Below, piece after piece: positions 25,490 to 34,471 of a DNA stretch of 64,000 nucleotides. Within the stretch, counting starts at the first letter, position 1. Each line of letters begins with the position of its first letter. The stretch is taken from contig CBFHWB010000001.1 in the NCBI GenBank assembly GCA_965659285.1, forward strand, positions 1,797 to 65,796. The letters run 5' to 3'. Position numbers and translations under genes: made by a program. The notes beneath the pieces were generated by a model. It had not been told where the DNA came from, did not search any database, and saw nothing but the letters and a program-made list of their open reading frames with translations. Source of the DNA: Planctomycetota bacterium. Its GTDB lineage: Bacteria > Planctomycetota > UBA8108.

Positions 25490-28363
25490 CTACTTCTCGT
25501 CGTCGGAATCGAGAGGATCGAGCAAGGCATCGCGCTCGTTCTGGAAATCCGAAACATCCCGGGTCTTAGAAGACTTTTTCTTGCCGGAACCCCTCGACGA
25601 CTTACGCCGGCTCCCGGCGCCGGCGGTCTTCCCCTTCTTCGCACGGGTTGATTTGCGCGGCTTGTCGGAAACGGCTCCCGCGGCCAACTCCTCACCGGGA
25701 ATCGTGAAGAGCTTGACAATGCAGAGCAGGCTGAAGATGGCTGCGACGACCCAGGCCCAGACAACGACAGATTTCTCCGCTGAAGCCCGGCCAGCCTGAC
25801 GCTGAGCCATCTCCTCTGACAGGGCGGCAAGGGAGGTTGAGATGCCGGCCTTCTGCTTCTGGATGAAGGCTGGATCGAGCCGGTGAACCGCTGGGCGGAG
25901 TTGCCGGGCCTTTAACGCGAGCTCCTCGAAGCGCTCTTTTTCGGCAACCTTCCCATCGACGGGATAGCCGGATTTTTCCAGGTCGAGCAGCTTCGACCGG
26001 GCCGAAGAGAGCTCCGCATCCAGGGCATCCAAGTCAGCCTTGATCTGCTGGAACGGCGCCGTCAACTCATCGTCTTCGTCTGTATATCCGTCATCCTCCC
26101 AGAGAAAATCGCCGGGCTTCAGCACTGCGTGATTCTCATGACAATCCCAGCAGACCTTCGTATGAACCGTGACGGACTCTTCGCCCTCCGAATCTTCCTT
26201 CTCACCCGAAGCGGGAGCCCTGGCCGCGAGATAATGCTCCAGGACCTCGTCGTGGCAGCTCCCGCATAATTTCCCCGCCAGCTCGGGGTCTTCATCATCA
26301 GGTCGATCCGGTCGTCCCCTGGAATCAACCAGCATCCCCTGGTGCGAATAGAGGAAGAGTCTCTTGTCCTCGGGCGTCTCAATGCTGCGATGCCACTTGA
26401 TCTCAAGCCTGGGCTTTGGAGGCTCCTTCTCTTCTTCCGGCTCCTCTTCTTTCTTCTCAGACTCATCTTCCGCAGGTTCTTCCCCCTCCGGTTTTCCAGC
26501 AGCCTCGGCGTCCGCAGGTTTTCCGGCAGCGGGCACCCCTTCTTCAGCCTCCTGGCCAGCAGGCTTTTCTTCCGCCGGTTTCTCTTCCGCCGGCTTGTCT
26601 TTCTCTGCCGGCTCTTCGGCATCTTTCTTTTCTTTCGGGGCTCCATCTTCAGCGCCTGATTTTCTTTCTTTCGCAGGTTCCTCTTCGGCCTTTTCTTTTT
26701 CGCTTTCCTCTTCAGCCGGATTGGCGTCTTTTCCGGAGTTCTCCGGCTTGGCCTCCTCTTCCACTTCCTCTTCCTCCGGCTCTTTCGAGGCTTCCTCGTC
26801 AGCTTCAAACAACAGCTCGAGAGCGAGGAGGAATTGCTCTGGAGGCGCGGTGTCAATTCCGCCATGGCAATCTACGCATTGCACTCCGGCGGCGTGATGG
26901 ACGCTTTCGGTCCATTTCTCCAGCGGCTTCTCATGTTTATGGCAGCTTCCGCAGGTCCCCCCGTCCGGCAGACCGTCCTGGCGCAACCCAGGCGTAACGA
27001 TAGCTTCATCCTCAGGCGTCTCCTCCTGCGATTCTTCCTCTTCAGCCGGACCGCCGCCGCCTCCTTCTTCCGAACCATCCTTAGCAGGATCATCGCCGGC
27101 CGAACCCGCTTCCTCTCCAGCCTGACCTTCTCCAGCGGCCTCCTTGCCGGACTCCTCGACACGCTCCGGGTAACCCTTGCTGCTGAAGTGATAACCCCAG
27201 CGCGTGGTCTCGGAGATATAGCCAAGAAAGCCCATCCCGAAGACGCCGAGAAGGAGCAGGAAGGCCAGGACCGCAAAAACCGGCCGCCGGGTGATCTTGC
27301 GCTCCTTGCCGCGGTCTATGACCGGCAACAGGAAGAGAACCAGCGCGACACCGTTAATCGTCAACACTCCGAGAAAGGCGGGATCGACACCCCAGGATCT
27401 GAGAAAAGGCAGTGCCGAGTAGAGATTGTCATCGAAGTACTTGAGGAACTGGTACATCGGCAGGAAGTACCACTCCGGCTTGATGCCCTCTGGTGTTCCA
27501 AACCTGTCGGCCGGTTCCCCGAGATGCCAGGGCCACCAGGTGGCAAAAGTCACCAGGAGAGCGAAACCGAGGTTGCAGGCGATCAAATCCCGATAGACCT
27601 GCCGTGGGAAGAAAGGCTCGCTGCCGCCCTTGGCCAGCGCCGCCTTATTGCCCAGTTCGATCTCATCGGTAACTGTGGTCTTGGGCGAGATCCCCTTCCA
27701 GGTTATCAGGGCGAGGTGATAGCCGACGAGGGCCAGCAGCAGCAGAGGCAGGATGACCACGTGGAGGGCGAAGAAGCGGCCGAGGGTGGCTCCGGAAACA
27801 TCCTCTCCCCCGCAGATGAGTTCCTTGAGCGTTGACCCGATCACCGGAAAAGAGTCGATCGCTCCAAGCCCTACCCGGGTAGCCCAGAAGGCAAGCTGGT
27901 TCCAGGGCAGCAGGTAGCCTGAGAAACAGAAGAGCATCGAGACCCCCAGCAGGAGCATTCCCACGAACCAGGTAAACTCTCGAGGACGCTTGTAGGATCC
28001 GTACCAGACGACCTTGAGCATGTGAAGCACGAGCACCACGATAATGAAACTCGCGCCCCAGGAATGCATCTGCCGGATGAGCCAACCCAGCCGGGCGTGA
28101 TACTCAATCGTCTGCACCGACTTGAAGGCCAGCGTCTCCTCGGGAACGTAGAGCGTCAGCAGGAGACAGCCGGTAAAAAACTGGAGAGCGAAGAAGAACA
28201 GGGCCAGCGCCCCCGTGGTATAGAGCCAGGACAGGCGCGTCGGAACAGGCTTGCCGGCCTGCTCTCCCGCGAGGGCGAGCATCCTCTCGCCTCCGCTTCG
28301 ATCGAGCAGCCATGCTTTCAGCCTTGCGATAGATTTCCCTGTCTTGTCCGGCAATTCTCTCAC
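25490..28363 (-). CDS. Full-length cytochrome b (b6 plus subunit-IV domains in one chain) fused to a C-terminal tetraheme c-type cytochrome domain, with a C-terminal membrane helix and polybasic tail
   Basis: His ligands (IRQMHSWGASF...HMLKVVWYGSYK and RFFALHVV...GYHLALIT). PEWYFLP motif. Acidic Glu/Lys/Pro/Ala-rich low-complexity linker. Four CxxCH motifs (CGSCH, CVDCH, CGSCH, CWDCH). Terminal helix VVVWAWVVAAIFSLLCIV followed by a K/R/S-rich tail. Confidence 0.85.
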   Translation of the reverse strand: MRELPDKTGKSIARLKAWLLDRSGGERMLALAGEQAGKPVPTRLSWLYTTGALALFFFALQFFTGCLLLTLYVPEETLAFKSVQTIEYHARLGWLIRQMHSWGASFIIVVLVLHMLKVVWYGSYKRPREFTWFVGMLLLGVSMLFCFSGYLLPWNQLAFWATRVGLGAIDSFPVIGSTLKELICGGEDVSGATLGRFFALHVVILPLLLLALVGYHLALITWKGISPKTTVTDEIELGNKAALAKGGSEPFFPRQVYRDLIACNLGFALLVTFATWWPWHLGEPADRFGTPEGIKPEWYFLPMYQFLKYFDDNLYSALPFLRSWGVDPAFLGVLTINGVALVLFLLPVIDRGKERKITRRPVFAVLAFLLLLGVFGMGFLGYISETTRWGYHFSSKGYPERVEESGKEAAGEGQAGEEAGSAGDDPAKDGSEEGGGGGPAEEEESQEETPEDEAIVTPGLRQDGLPDGGTCGSCHKHEKPLEKWTESVHHAAGVQCVDCHGGIDTAPPEQFLLALELLFEADEEASKEPEEEEVEEEAKPENSGKDANPAEEESEKEKAEEEPAKERKSGAEDGAPKEKKDAEEPAEKDKPAEEKPAEEKPAGQEAEEGVPAAGKPADAEAAGKPEGEEPAEDESEKKEEEPEEEKEPPKPRLEIKWHRSIETPEDKRLFLYSHQGMLVDSRGRPDRPDDEDPELAGKLCGSCHDEVLEHYLAARAPASGEKEDSEGEESVTVHTKVCWDCHENHAVLKPGDFLWEDDGYTDEDDELTAPFQQIKADLDALDAELSSARSKLLDLEKSGYPVDGKVAEKERFEELALKARQLRPAVHRLDPAFIQKQKAGISTSLAALSEEMAQRQAGRASAEKSVVVWAWVVAAIFSLLCIVKLFTIPGEELAAGAVSDKPRKSTRAKKGKTAGAGSRRKSSRGSGKKKSSKTRDVSDFQNERDALLDPLDSDDEK
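26380..26830 (-). repeat. Coding low-complexity acidic repeat (PAEEKPAEEK/EEEPEEEKE-like) in the cytochrome b-c fusion gene
   Basis: Reiterated GAAGA/CTTCT-rich DNA encoding an E/K/P/A-rich linker. The repeat is protein-coding. Confidence 0.55.
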
Positions 28364-28368
28364 CCAGT

Positions 28369-28818
28369 TCAGGTTGGATTTTCCAGGTAACGATCAAGAA
28401 GAACGACCGCTCCGGAACCATCATCGTCGGCGAGCGCAAACTCCCGCAGCGGCTCCTGCGGAGGTTTCCTGGTTACCTTGCCAGAGGTATCGAAGGCTCC
28501 CCCGTGACACGGACAGTGAAAGCCGCGCACGCCCTTATTCCAGTTAACGTTGCAATCGAGATGGGTACACTTCGCATCAAAGGCCCTCAGGCTGTCCCCA
28601 ACCTTGAGCACATAGACCTTTTTTCCATTGAACTGCACCGGCACCGGCTCGGCTCCAACGACATCGAAATACGAGCGGTCCTGCTCCAACTGGAGCTTGG
28701 CCTGGCGCGGCCGGCGCGGCAGGGGCCGCAGGAAATTAACCGCGGCGACCACCAATCCTCCGGCGTAAACCAACGGAAAAAGAAGCAGCGCAAGGTGCTC
28801 AAACATTCTCCGTGTCAT
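28369..28818 (-). CDS. Rieske [2Fe-2S] protein (second copy, small, N-terminal membrane anchor)
   Basis: Rieske boxes CTHLDCNVNW and CPCHGGAFD. Immediately upstream of the cytochrome b-c fusion gene with a 5-nt gap. Confidence 0.85.
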   Translation of the reverse strand: MTRRMFEHLALLLFPLVYAGGLVVAAVNFLRPLPRRPRQAKLQLEQDRSYFDVVGAEPVPVQFNGKKVYVLKVGDSLRAFDAKCTHLDCNVNWNKGVRGFHCPCHGGAFDTSGKVTRKPPQEPLREFALADDDGSGAVVLLDRYLENPT

Positions 28819-28949
28819 CGAAAGCTACTCCTGATGCGGGCCATCCACCGGACTCGACTGGTCCTCCACTTCTTCAACAGGCTTAGCATACCTCCTCTAA
28901 AGCCCTCGGTCCACAGGGACCTTAGGCAGGGGATCAAGAAGCTCAACCT

Positions 28950-29141
28950 TCAAGCTTCCCCGACCACGCAACTGCGCTCACCCAGTTGGATAACATCCCC
29001 CGCTGCCAGCCTCTTTCCACGGCGGGTTTCGACAATCCCGTTAACCGAGACCTCGCCCGCGCGGATGAGCACCTTGGCTTCACCGCCGCTCTCTACCCAT
29101 CCCTGGTATTTAAGGAATTGATCCAGCTTGAAGGTCTTCAA
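28950..29141 (-). CDS. Small S4-domain RNA-binding protein (YbcJ-like)
   Basis: S4 fold signature KLDQFLKYQGWVESGGEAKVLIRAGEVSVNGIVETRRGKRLAAGDVIQL. Probable TTG start with GGAGAAG upstream. The longer track ORF overlaps the upstream gene. Confidence 0.55.
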   Translation of the reverse strand: MKTFKLDQFLKYQGWVESGGEAKVLIRAGEVSVNGIVETRRGKRLAAGDVIQLGERSCVVGEA

Positions 29142-29166
29142 GGCGCTCGGGCTTCTCCACCCGGCA

Positions 29167-30264
29167 TCAACATCCGTCGTAGGTCTCGCAATCGATGCCG
29201 TCATCGGTCGGATCGCCGCCGCAGGCGAAGGGGCCCGGATCAGCGGGGACCGTCCCGCCAACAAAGAGGAACTGGAAAATGACAATCCCATCAGTCAACT
29301 GGACTACGCCGTTGTCGTCTGTATCCGCCGCGTCCAGACAGGAGGGCATAGCCGCTCCCATGAACAGGGTGTTGAGAATCCGGATCCCATCGGTCAGTTG
29401 CAGGGCTCCATTCCCATCGGTGTCGCCGCGCTTGAAGCGCTCCTCTGGTTCGGCCTCGGCAGGGCGAACGCTGATGCTCAGGTCCTCAGGTCCGCCGGGA
29501 ATCTCGATACCGAATTCGTCGAGAAAGCCCACGCGGAAATTATGCTCGCCACCGCCATCGAAAATCTTGACCATCAGGGTGTGGCGCCCGGGCTCGAGAA
29601 CGATGTTTCCGAGGTTCGGATAATCAAAGGGCTGATCCTGGTACATCCTGTCAAGGGCGCCTCGGGAGGCGTTGTTGACATGCAGGCTCTGCCCATCGAG
29701 GAGCAGTTGGACCGAATCGTCACTGGAGACGCCGAGGTGAATTTCAATCTCCTCCTTAACGTCAAGGTAGGTCACCGCGTAGCACATCACGTTGTCATTG
29801 TTCCCGTAGATGCTATCGAAATCGATGCGGTCATCGTCATCGTCACGATCAAACCACTCGACCCAGGTGGGCACCTCATCTGGATTGCGGCCCATTTCGT
29901 TCGGCGCCAGGCCGGTAGAAGCGGACGCGCCGTTATAGTCAGGCTCCATCGCCATTGCGCCAACCGGAACAATTTCCGTCTCTGAGGTTTCCCCATCGGT
30001 GAGATAGTCCCTGGCGATTTCTTCTTCGCCCGGAGCAGCCCCTCCATCCCGGGTAAACGGACCGAGAACCAGCCAGTTCTGGATACTGCCGAAATCGCTC
30101 ACGGAAGCCAGGCTTGCGGCCGAGGTGGCATTCGTCTCTCCTGAAATGACAAAGACAAAATCGTTTTCCGGTTCGGTAACCTCGCCGGAAAAGGTGCCTG
30201 AAACAGAATCGTCAGGTAGGACCGAATAGGTCAGTTCGGTGATATTCCCTTCACTGATGTCCAA
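29167..30264 (-). CDS. C-terminal portion of a secreted protein with dockerin-type repeats. The reading frame is open upstream to the TAG at 30370
   Basis: Dockerin-like loops DTDGNGALQLTD and DTDDNGVVQLTD, then a Cys-rich tail. No signal peptide. In frame with 30370-31386. Confidence 0.6.
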   Translation of the reverse strand: MDISEGNITELTYSVLPDDSVSGTFSGEVTEPENDFVFVISGETNATSAASLASVSDFGSIQNWLVLGPFTRDGGAAPGEEEIARDYLTDGETSETEIVPVGAMAMEPDYNGASASTGLAPNEMGRNPDEVPTWVEWFDRDDDDDRIDFDSIYGNNDNVMCYAVTYLDVKEEIEIHLGVSSDDSVQLLLDGQSLHVNNASRGALDRMYQDQPFDYPNLGNIVLEPGRHTLMVKIFDGGGEHNFRVGFLDEFGIEIPGGPEDLSISVRPAEAEPEERFKRGDTDGNGALQLTDGIRILNTLFMGAAMPSCLDAADTDDNGVVQLTDGIVIFQFLFVGGTVPADPGPFACGGDPTDDGIDCETYDGC

Positions 30265-30369
30265 TTCCCAGCGAACGATATTATCCTCGATGACCTGCCC
30301 TTCCTGTCCAACGCTGGTAATTTCCCATTGAGGCGGAACCGTCTCGGTGACCGTAACGAGTTCGGCCCG

Positions 30370-31386
30370 CTAACACACCCCCGGCCCGCGCCGACTCGAC
30401 AGCGACAGTACGACCGGGTACTCCTCACCATCCTCATAGATCGCCGTCTCTTCCCCCTCGACCGCAACCCGCCCATCCCAGAGCGACCGGGTGACCTCTA
30501 CCGGCGCCGTCCGGCAGCCGCCGATCAGGGTGATCGTCAGGTCATCGATACGAGAGGTGGCTCCCGGCTGCTGGACCTGCCCGAAGGAAGCGCCGAAGAG
30601 AACCTCGACGTTGGTCGCGTCATCCCGGGTCTGCCTGTTGTGATTCAGGCCATTGGTATCGACCACCTGGAGTTGGGGCTCCTCGGGAGGATCATCTCCC
30701 TCCTCCCAGAGCTTCATGCTGATCTGCACCGGCCCTCCATCGTCATTTCCCTGGGCGGAGACCTCGACCCAATACCATTCGCCCTGGATGATCGGAAAGC
30801 CCGGATCCGCCCTGGCATAACCTACAGCGCCGTTCGGCCATTCAAGATGAGGAACCGCCTGGTGACAGCCGGTAAACTCGGCGATCGCCAGGGTGCCGTC
30901 AAAGAACTCTCCATCAACTCCTTCGGGGTAGATGACACAGGCGTAGCCTCTCTCCAGCGAGGCATCGAGCTCCGCATTGGGCCCATCAAAAACCCCCACC
31001 CTTCCCCGCATGTAGATCAGCATCTCGCTGATGGTCTCGAGATTCACGAGGGCCCTCAAGCGGTAGTCCTTCGATCCCTCGGGAAAGATCTCAGCGACCG
31101 TATTCGGATAGAGACTGGCAAGCGCGATCCCTGAGACGGCGTGGTTGGTCATCAACAGGCTGCCATCATTGATCTCGAGACCGCCGACCGGATACAGATC
31201 CCCGCAAAGATCAACAACGCCCGGATGGAAGAAATCCTCCAGTTCCTCCGGCTCCTCGAATTCATAGACCAGCAGATCCTCTTCCTCCTGCTTGCCCTGG
31301 GCCTGCAGAAGAATTGGAGAAGCAAAAAACAAGGCGAAGAGCGCCACCCACAAGCCACAAAGAAGATTCCCGGCTTTTAACATCAA
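30370..31386 (-). CDS. N-terminal portion (with signal peptide) of the same secreted dockerin protein, ending at an in-frame TAG
   Basis: Signal peptide MMLKAGNLLCGLWVALFALFFASPILLQA. Stop TAG at 30370-30372. The 35 downstream codons are sense and protein-like. Confidence 0.6.
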   Translation of the reverse strand: MMLKAGNLLCGLWVALFALFFASPILLQAQGKQEEEDLLVYEFEEPEELEDFFHPGVVDLCGDLYPVGGLEINDGSLLMTNHAVSGIALASLYPNTVAEIFPEGSKDYRLRALVNLETISEMLIYMRGRVGVFDGPNAELDASLERGYACVIYPEGVDGEFFDGTLAIAEFTGCHQAVPHLEWPNGAVGYARADPGFPIIQGEWYWVEVSAQGNDDGGPVQISMKLWEEGDDPPEEPQLQVVDTNGLNHNRQTRDDATNVEVLFGASFGQVQQPGATSRIDDLTITLIGGCRTAPVEVTRSLWDGRVAVEGEETAIYEDGEEYPVVLSLSSRRGPGVC

Positions 31387-31643
31387 TATCCCCTCCTCGT
31401 AGAGGCGGTCCGCTTATTTCAGAACTCAGGCAGAGCGACCCAAACGTTCTGCTTTACTAATTGTAGATACTCAACAGTCCCTCTACAAACCCTTATTGAT
31501 AGCGAAGAGCCCGGCCCTGAAGCTCTCAATGTCCGCAGGCGAAGCAAAACGGTTGGCCACGCCCCGCATCCCCGTGTTAGAAGACCAGTCTCAGCGTCAG
31601 GATGGCCCGGAAAAAACAATTCGGCAACAAGGAGATTTCCCCC

Positions 31644-32945
31644 GTGGCAACCATTACAGGCCTTACCGTCCGCGACATCCGCATCCCGACCTCGGACAGC
31701 CTCACCGGATCCGATGCGATGAACCCTGACCCTGATTACTCGGCGGCCTACGTAGAACTCCAGACCGACCATCCCGATGGACTCGCAGGCCACGGCCTGG
31801 CCTTTACAATCGGCCGCGGCAACGAGCTCTGCGCCGCCGCGGTTGAGGCCTGGAAGCCCTTCGTCATCGGGTTGGACCTTGACGACATCAGGGCTGACAT
31901 GCGCTCCTTCTGGAGAAGGCTGACAGGCGACAGCCAACTGAGATGGGTCGGTCCTGAGAAGGGAACCGTTCACATGGCCTCTGCGGCGATCATCAACGCC
32001 GCCTGGGATCTCCTCGCCAAGCTGGAGGGGAAGCCGCTCTGGAAGCTGCTGGCGGATATGAGCGCCGAGGAGTTGGTCGCCTGCATCGACTTCACCTACA
32101 TCTCAGATCTGTTGACCCCCGAGGAAGCGGTCGAATTGCTGCGGGAAAAGGAAACCGGCCGTGAGGCCCGGGAGCAGGAAATGCTGGAGCGCGGATTTCC
32201 CGCCTACACGACATCTACAGGCTGGCTCGGTTACGAAGATGAAAAGATCAGGGATCTCTGCCGGCAAGCCGTAGAAGATGGATGGTCGCACGTCAAGATC
32301 AAGGTTGGAGCCGACCTCCAGGATGACATCCGCCGATCGTCGATCATCCGTGAAATGATCGGCCCGGATCGCGAGCTCATGTTTGATGCCAACCAGGTAT
32401 GGGATGTGGCTGAGGCCATCGAGAACATGAAGCACCTTGCGGAATTTTCACCGCTCTGGATCGAGGAGCCCACCAGCCCGGATGATGTTCTCGGCCACGC
32501 GGCCATCTCCAGGGCCGTCGCCCCCATCGGAGTGGCCACCGGAGAGTGCTGCCAGAACCGCGTGCTCTTCAAACAGTTCCTGCAGGCCGAAGCAATCCAG
32601 TTCGTTCAGATCGACAGTTGCCGACTCGGTGGAGTCAACGAGGTTCTCTCCGTGCTCCTCATGGCCGCCAAGTGCGGCGTGCCGGTCTGCCCTCACGCCG
32701 GCGGCATCGGACTCTGCGAACATGTCCAGCACCTCGCGATCTTCGACTACATCAGGGTCGGCTGCAGCCTGGAGAACCGCGTGATCGAATACGTCGACAA
32801 CCTGCATGAGCACTTCGAGAACCCCGTCACGATGCGCGACTGCCGCTACCTGCCTCCACAGGCTCCCGGTTACTCGACCACCATGGTCGAAGCCTCCCTC
32901 GATCACTACGAATTCCCCTCGGGAACAGCCTGGAGAGACCGCTGA
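31644..32945 (+). CDS. Enolase-superfamily (mandelate racemase subgroup) acid-sugar dehydratase, most similar to L-fuconate dehydratase
   Basis: N-terminal TITGLTVRDIRIPTS...GSDAMNPDPDYSAAYV. KxK motif (HVKIKVG). Metal ligands in DANQ/EEP context. Probable GTG start at 31644 with AAGGAG RBS; track start is 31602. Confidence 0.7.
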   Translation: MATITGLTVRDIRIPTSDSLTGSDAMNPDPDYSAAYVELQTDHPDGLAGHGLAFTIGRGNELCAAAVEAWKPFVIGLDLDDIRADMRSFWRRLTGDSQLRWVGPEKGTVHMASAAIINAAWDLLAKLEGKPLWKLLADMSAEELVACIDFTYISDLLTPEEAVELLREKETGREAREQEMLERGFPAYTTSTGWLGYEDEKIRDLCRQAVEDGWSHVKIKVGADLQDDIRRSSIIREMIGPDRELMFDANQVWDVAEAIENMKHLAEFSPLWIEEPTSPDDVLGHAAISRAVAPIGVATGECCQNRVLFKQFLQAEAIQFVQIDSCRLGGVNEVLSVLLMAAKCGVPVCPHAGGIGLCEHVQHLAIFDYIRVGCSLENRVIEYVDNLHEHFENPVTMRDCRYLPPQAPGYSTTMVEASLDHYEFPSGTAWRDR

Positions 32946-32953
32946 GACGGGCG

Positions 32954-33979
32954 CTATTTCTTCTTTTCGAGCGCGATCCTGTGACGCTTGAGCGCCTCGG
33001 AGGCATAAGCGTAGAACTTATCGAGGTCCGCTCCGAGATACCAGATCCTGCCGCGCGGACCAAGCACCAGCCAATGAGGAGCCCTGGGTATCCCGAGGGT
33101 CTTCACCAGCGGGGAGGAGAATCCCTTGCCATCATGAAGCTGCGCCCAGGGGATCTTCCAACGGTCCCGCGCCGTCTCAAAGGCTCCCTTGTCGGTGTCC
33201 AGGTTCACCCCGAAGATCATCACCTTGCCCTTAAGTACGGGATATTTCCTGACGGCCTGCTCAAGGGATGATTCAGGATTCCTGCCAAGGGTCTCGATGA
33301 ACTGTCCGTGTTTTGCCGTATCTGACCTCCAGAAATGGACTAATGTCACTTTCCCCGCCAGATTTATGAGATTTAATTTGGCTTTTTTTCCGCCTTTTCT
33401 AACCACAACTTCAAAAGCCGGCATATCCCGGCTCGTCAACAGGGCGAGGTACCTCAAGGGACCTTTAGCTTTTGCAGCCCAGTCGGAACTGGGAAATCCA
33501 TCTACCAGCTGAGCAAAATATTCCCGAGCTCTGTCGGACTCATCCCTCAAAAAGGAATCGCTCGCAAGCAGGTAGAGTCCCTGGGCCTGGCCGGCCGGGT
33601 CGCCGGAATCCTCCGCCATCGCTTTCCACTGGAATATCGCGCCTGACCTATCTCCACCAATTATAAGGACTTCCGCGCATAACGAACGGACATGAGCGAG
33701 CTCCGGAGAAGACGAATTCGTTTGGATGAACTCCCTGAGTCTCTCCGCGACAGCCCGGTAGCCCTGCTGGATGGAATCTCGATCCGGATATTCCTTCTTC
33801 AGTGATTCGACGAGCTTCGCGTAACTACCACCCTCAACCCCCGTTTCATCTTCTGTACCGGCCGCCATCCCGGAGACCTGGGGGCCGATAATGATCGCTG
33901 GGAAAAGCCATAACCCGAGAAGCACACCGAATATATGCCTAACTGCAACCGCCTGGGCAAAATCAAATGATATTGACAT
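32954..33979 (-). CDS. Exported TlpA/redoxin-like thioredoxin-fold protein lacking the CxxC motif, with a helical-repeat N-terminal region
   Basis: C-terminal KVTLVHFWRSDTAKHG...LGIPRAPHWLVLGP matches the TlpA-like fold, but the CxxC position reads RSDT. N-terminal hydrophobic segment. Probable ATG at 33977-33979; track start is TTG at 33991. Confidence 0.5.
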   Translation of the reverse strand: MSISFDFAQAVAVRHIFGVLLGLWLFPAIIIGPQVSGMAAGTEDETGVEGGSYAKLVESLKKEYPDRDSIQQGYRAVAERLREFIQTNSSSPELAHVRSLCAEVLIIGGDRSGAIFQWKAMAEDSGDPAGQAQGLYLLASDSFLRDESDRAREYFAQLVDGFPSSDWAAKAKGPLRYLALLTSRDMPAFEVVVRKGGKKAKLNLINLAGKVTLVHFWRSDTAKHGQFIETLGRNPESSLEQAVRKYPVLKGKVMIFGVNLDTDKGAFETARDRWKIPWAQLHDGKGFSSPLVKTLGIPRAPHWLVLGPRGRIWYLGADLDKFYAYASEALKRHRIALEKKK

Positions 33980-34000
33980 GAAAACGAGCAAAGTTAGAAT
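33973..34000 (+). promoter_or_regulatory. Near-consensus sigma70 promoter (TTGACA-N16-TAGAAT) pointing into the AT-rich intergenic island
   Basis: Perfect -35 TTGACA, 16-nt spacer, -10 TAGAAT (5 of 6 match). The -35 box overlaps the ATG of the divergent minus-strand gene. Confidence 0.5.
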
Positions 34001-34007
34001 TCGAACT

Positions 34008-34370
34008 TAGAAAGAGAAGTTGTGCAGAGTTGCTTTTGGTCAGTTTTGTACGATTTAGGTCAGTTTTGCCACTTACTCCCGGCAGGAAGTTACAGAATAC
34101 TTCTAAATGGAGTGACTTAGCGGGCTCTCGCGGAGCAAAAAGGTGGACCGCGGAGCGTAACTTGATCCGCCGCTTCCAAAATGGAGACAACGCCAGTCCA
34201 TCCCGCCTCCATCGGAGTTAAAATACTAGAACAAGCAAGAATACGATAGGTTAAGAAAAGCCAAGGTTGTACACCACCACGTAAAATTAAGAGATAACTC
34301 CACCAACCACCAGTCTCTTAATTCCCTTGGTTTTTCTTTCTTTTTCACCCGGCTCGTCCGGGTTTTTTCG
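34008..34370 (+). ncRNA. Candidate structured small RNA (about 360 nt) of unknown class
   Basis: Bounded by the sigma70 promoter above and an intrinsic terminator (CCCGG-CTCGT-CCGGG then TTTTTT at 34347-34370). AT-rich relative to flanks. Direct repeat GGTCAGTTTTG twice. 10-bp perfect hairpin AATTAAGAGA/TCTCTTAATT at 34285-34323. No convincing CDS. Confidence 0.3.
34347..34370 (+). terminator. Rho-independent terminator (plus strand)
   Basis: Stem CCCGG/CCGGG with loop CTCGT followed by TTTTTT. Confidence 0.6.
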
Positions 34371-34436
34371 TTTTCATCCCCTCCATTTCTCCGACAGGAA
34401 GAAATGCTGAACCGGCGGTAACAGGGTAAGTCCTCG

Positions 34437-34471
34437 ATAAAAAGCGGGTGATTTTCCCGTCGATACACCCG
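34437..34471 (-). terminator. Possible intrinsic terminator for the minus-strand transporter operon
   Basis: On the minus strand: stem CGGGTG/CACCCG (6 bp, 15-nt loop) followed by CTTTTTAT, about 100 nt after the DUF4340 stop. Confidence 0.3.

Noticed and set aside
30370-30372. Pyrrolysine or selenocysteine decoding for the in-frame TAG stops at 741-743 and 30370-30372 and the TGA at 61481-61483.
   Set aside because: No pyl gene cluster or SECIS-like hairpin is visible nearby. The affected proteins are not known seleno- or Pyl-proteins. Nonsense mutation, assembly artefact or leaky termination are more parsimonious. The question stays open.
34000-34370. Tested the AT-rich island for tmRNA, RNase P RNA, SRP RNA and a tRNA-like 3-prime end (a GTTCGAATTC T-loop-like string near 34005-34020 on the minus strand).
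   Set aside because: No GGGG...tag-peptide ORF or CCA-terminal acceptor structure for tmRNA. No CR-I/CR-IV RNase P blocks. Only a weak resemblance to the SRP AGGAAG helix-8 motif. The T-loop-like string lacks a cognate acceptor or D-arm. Class left unassigned.
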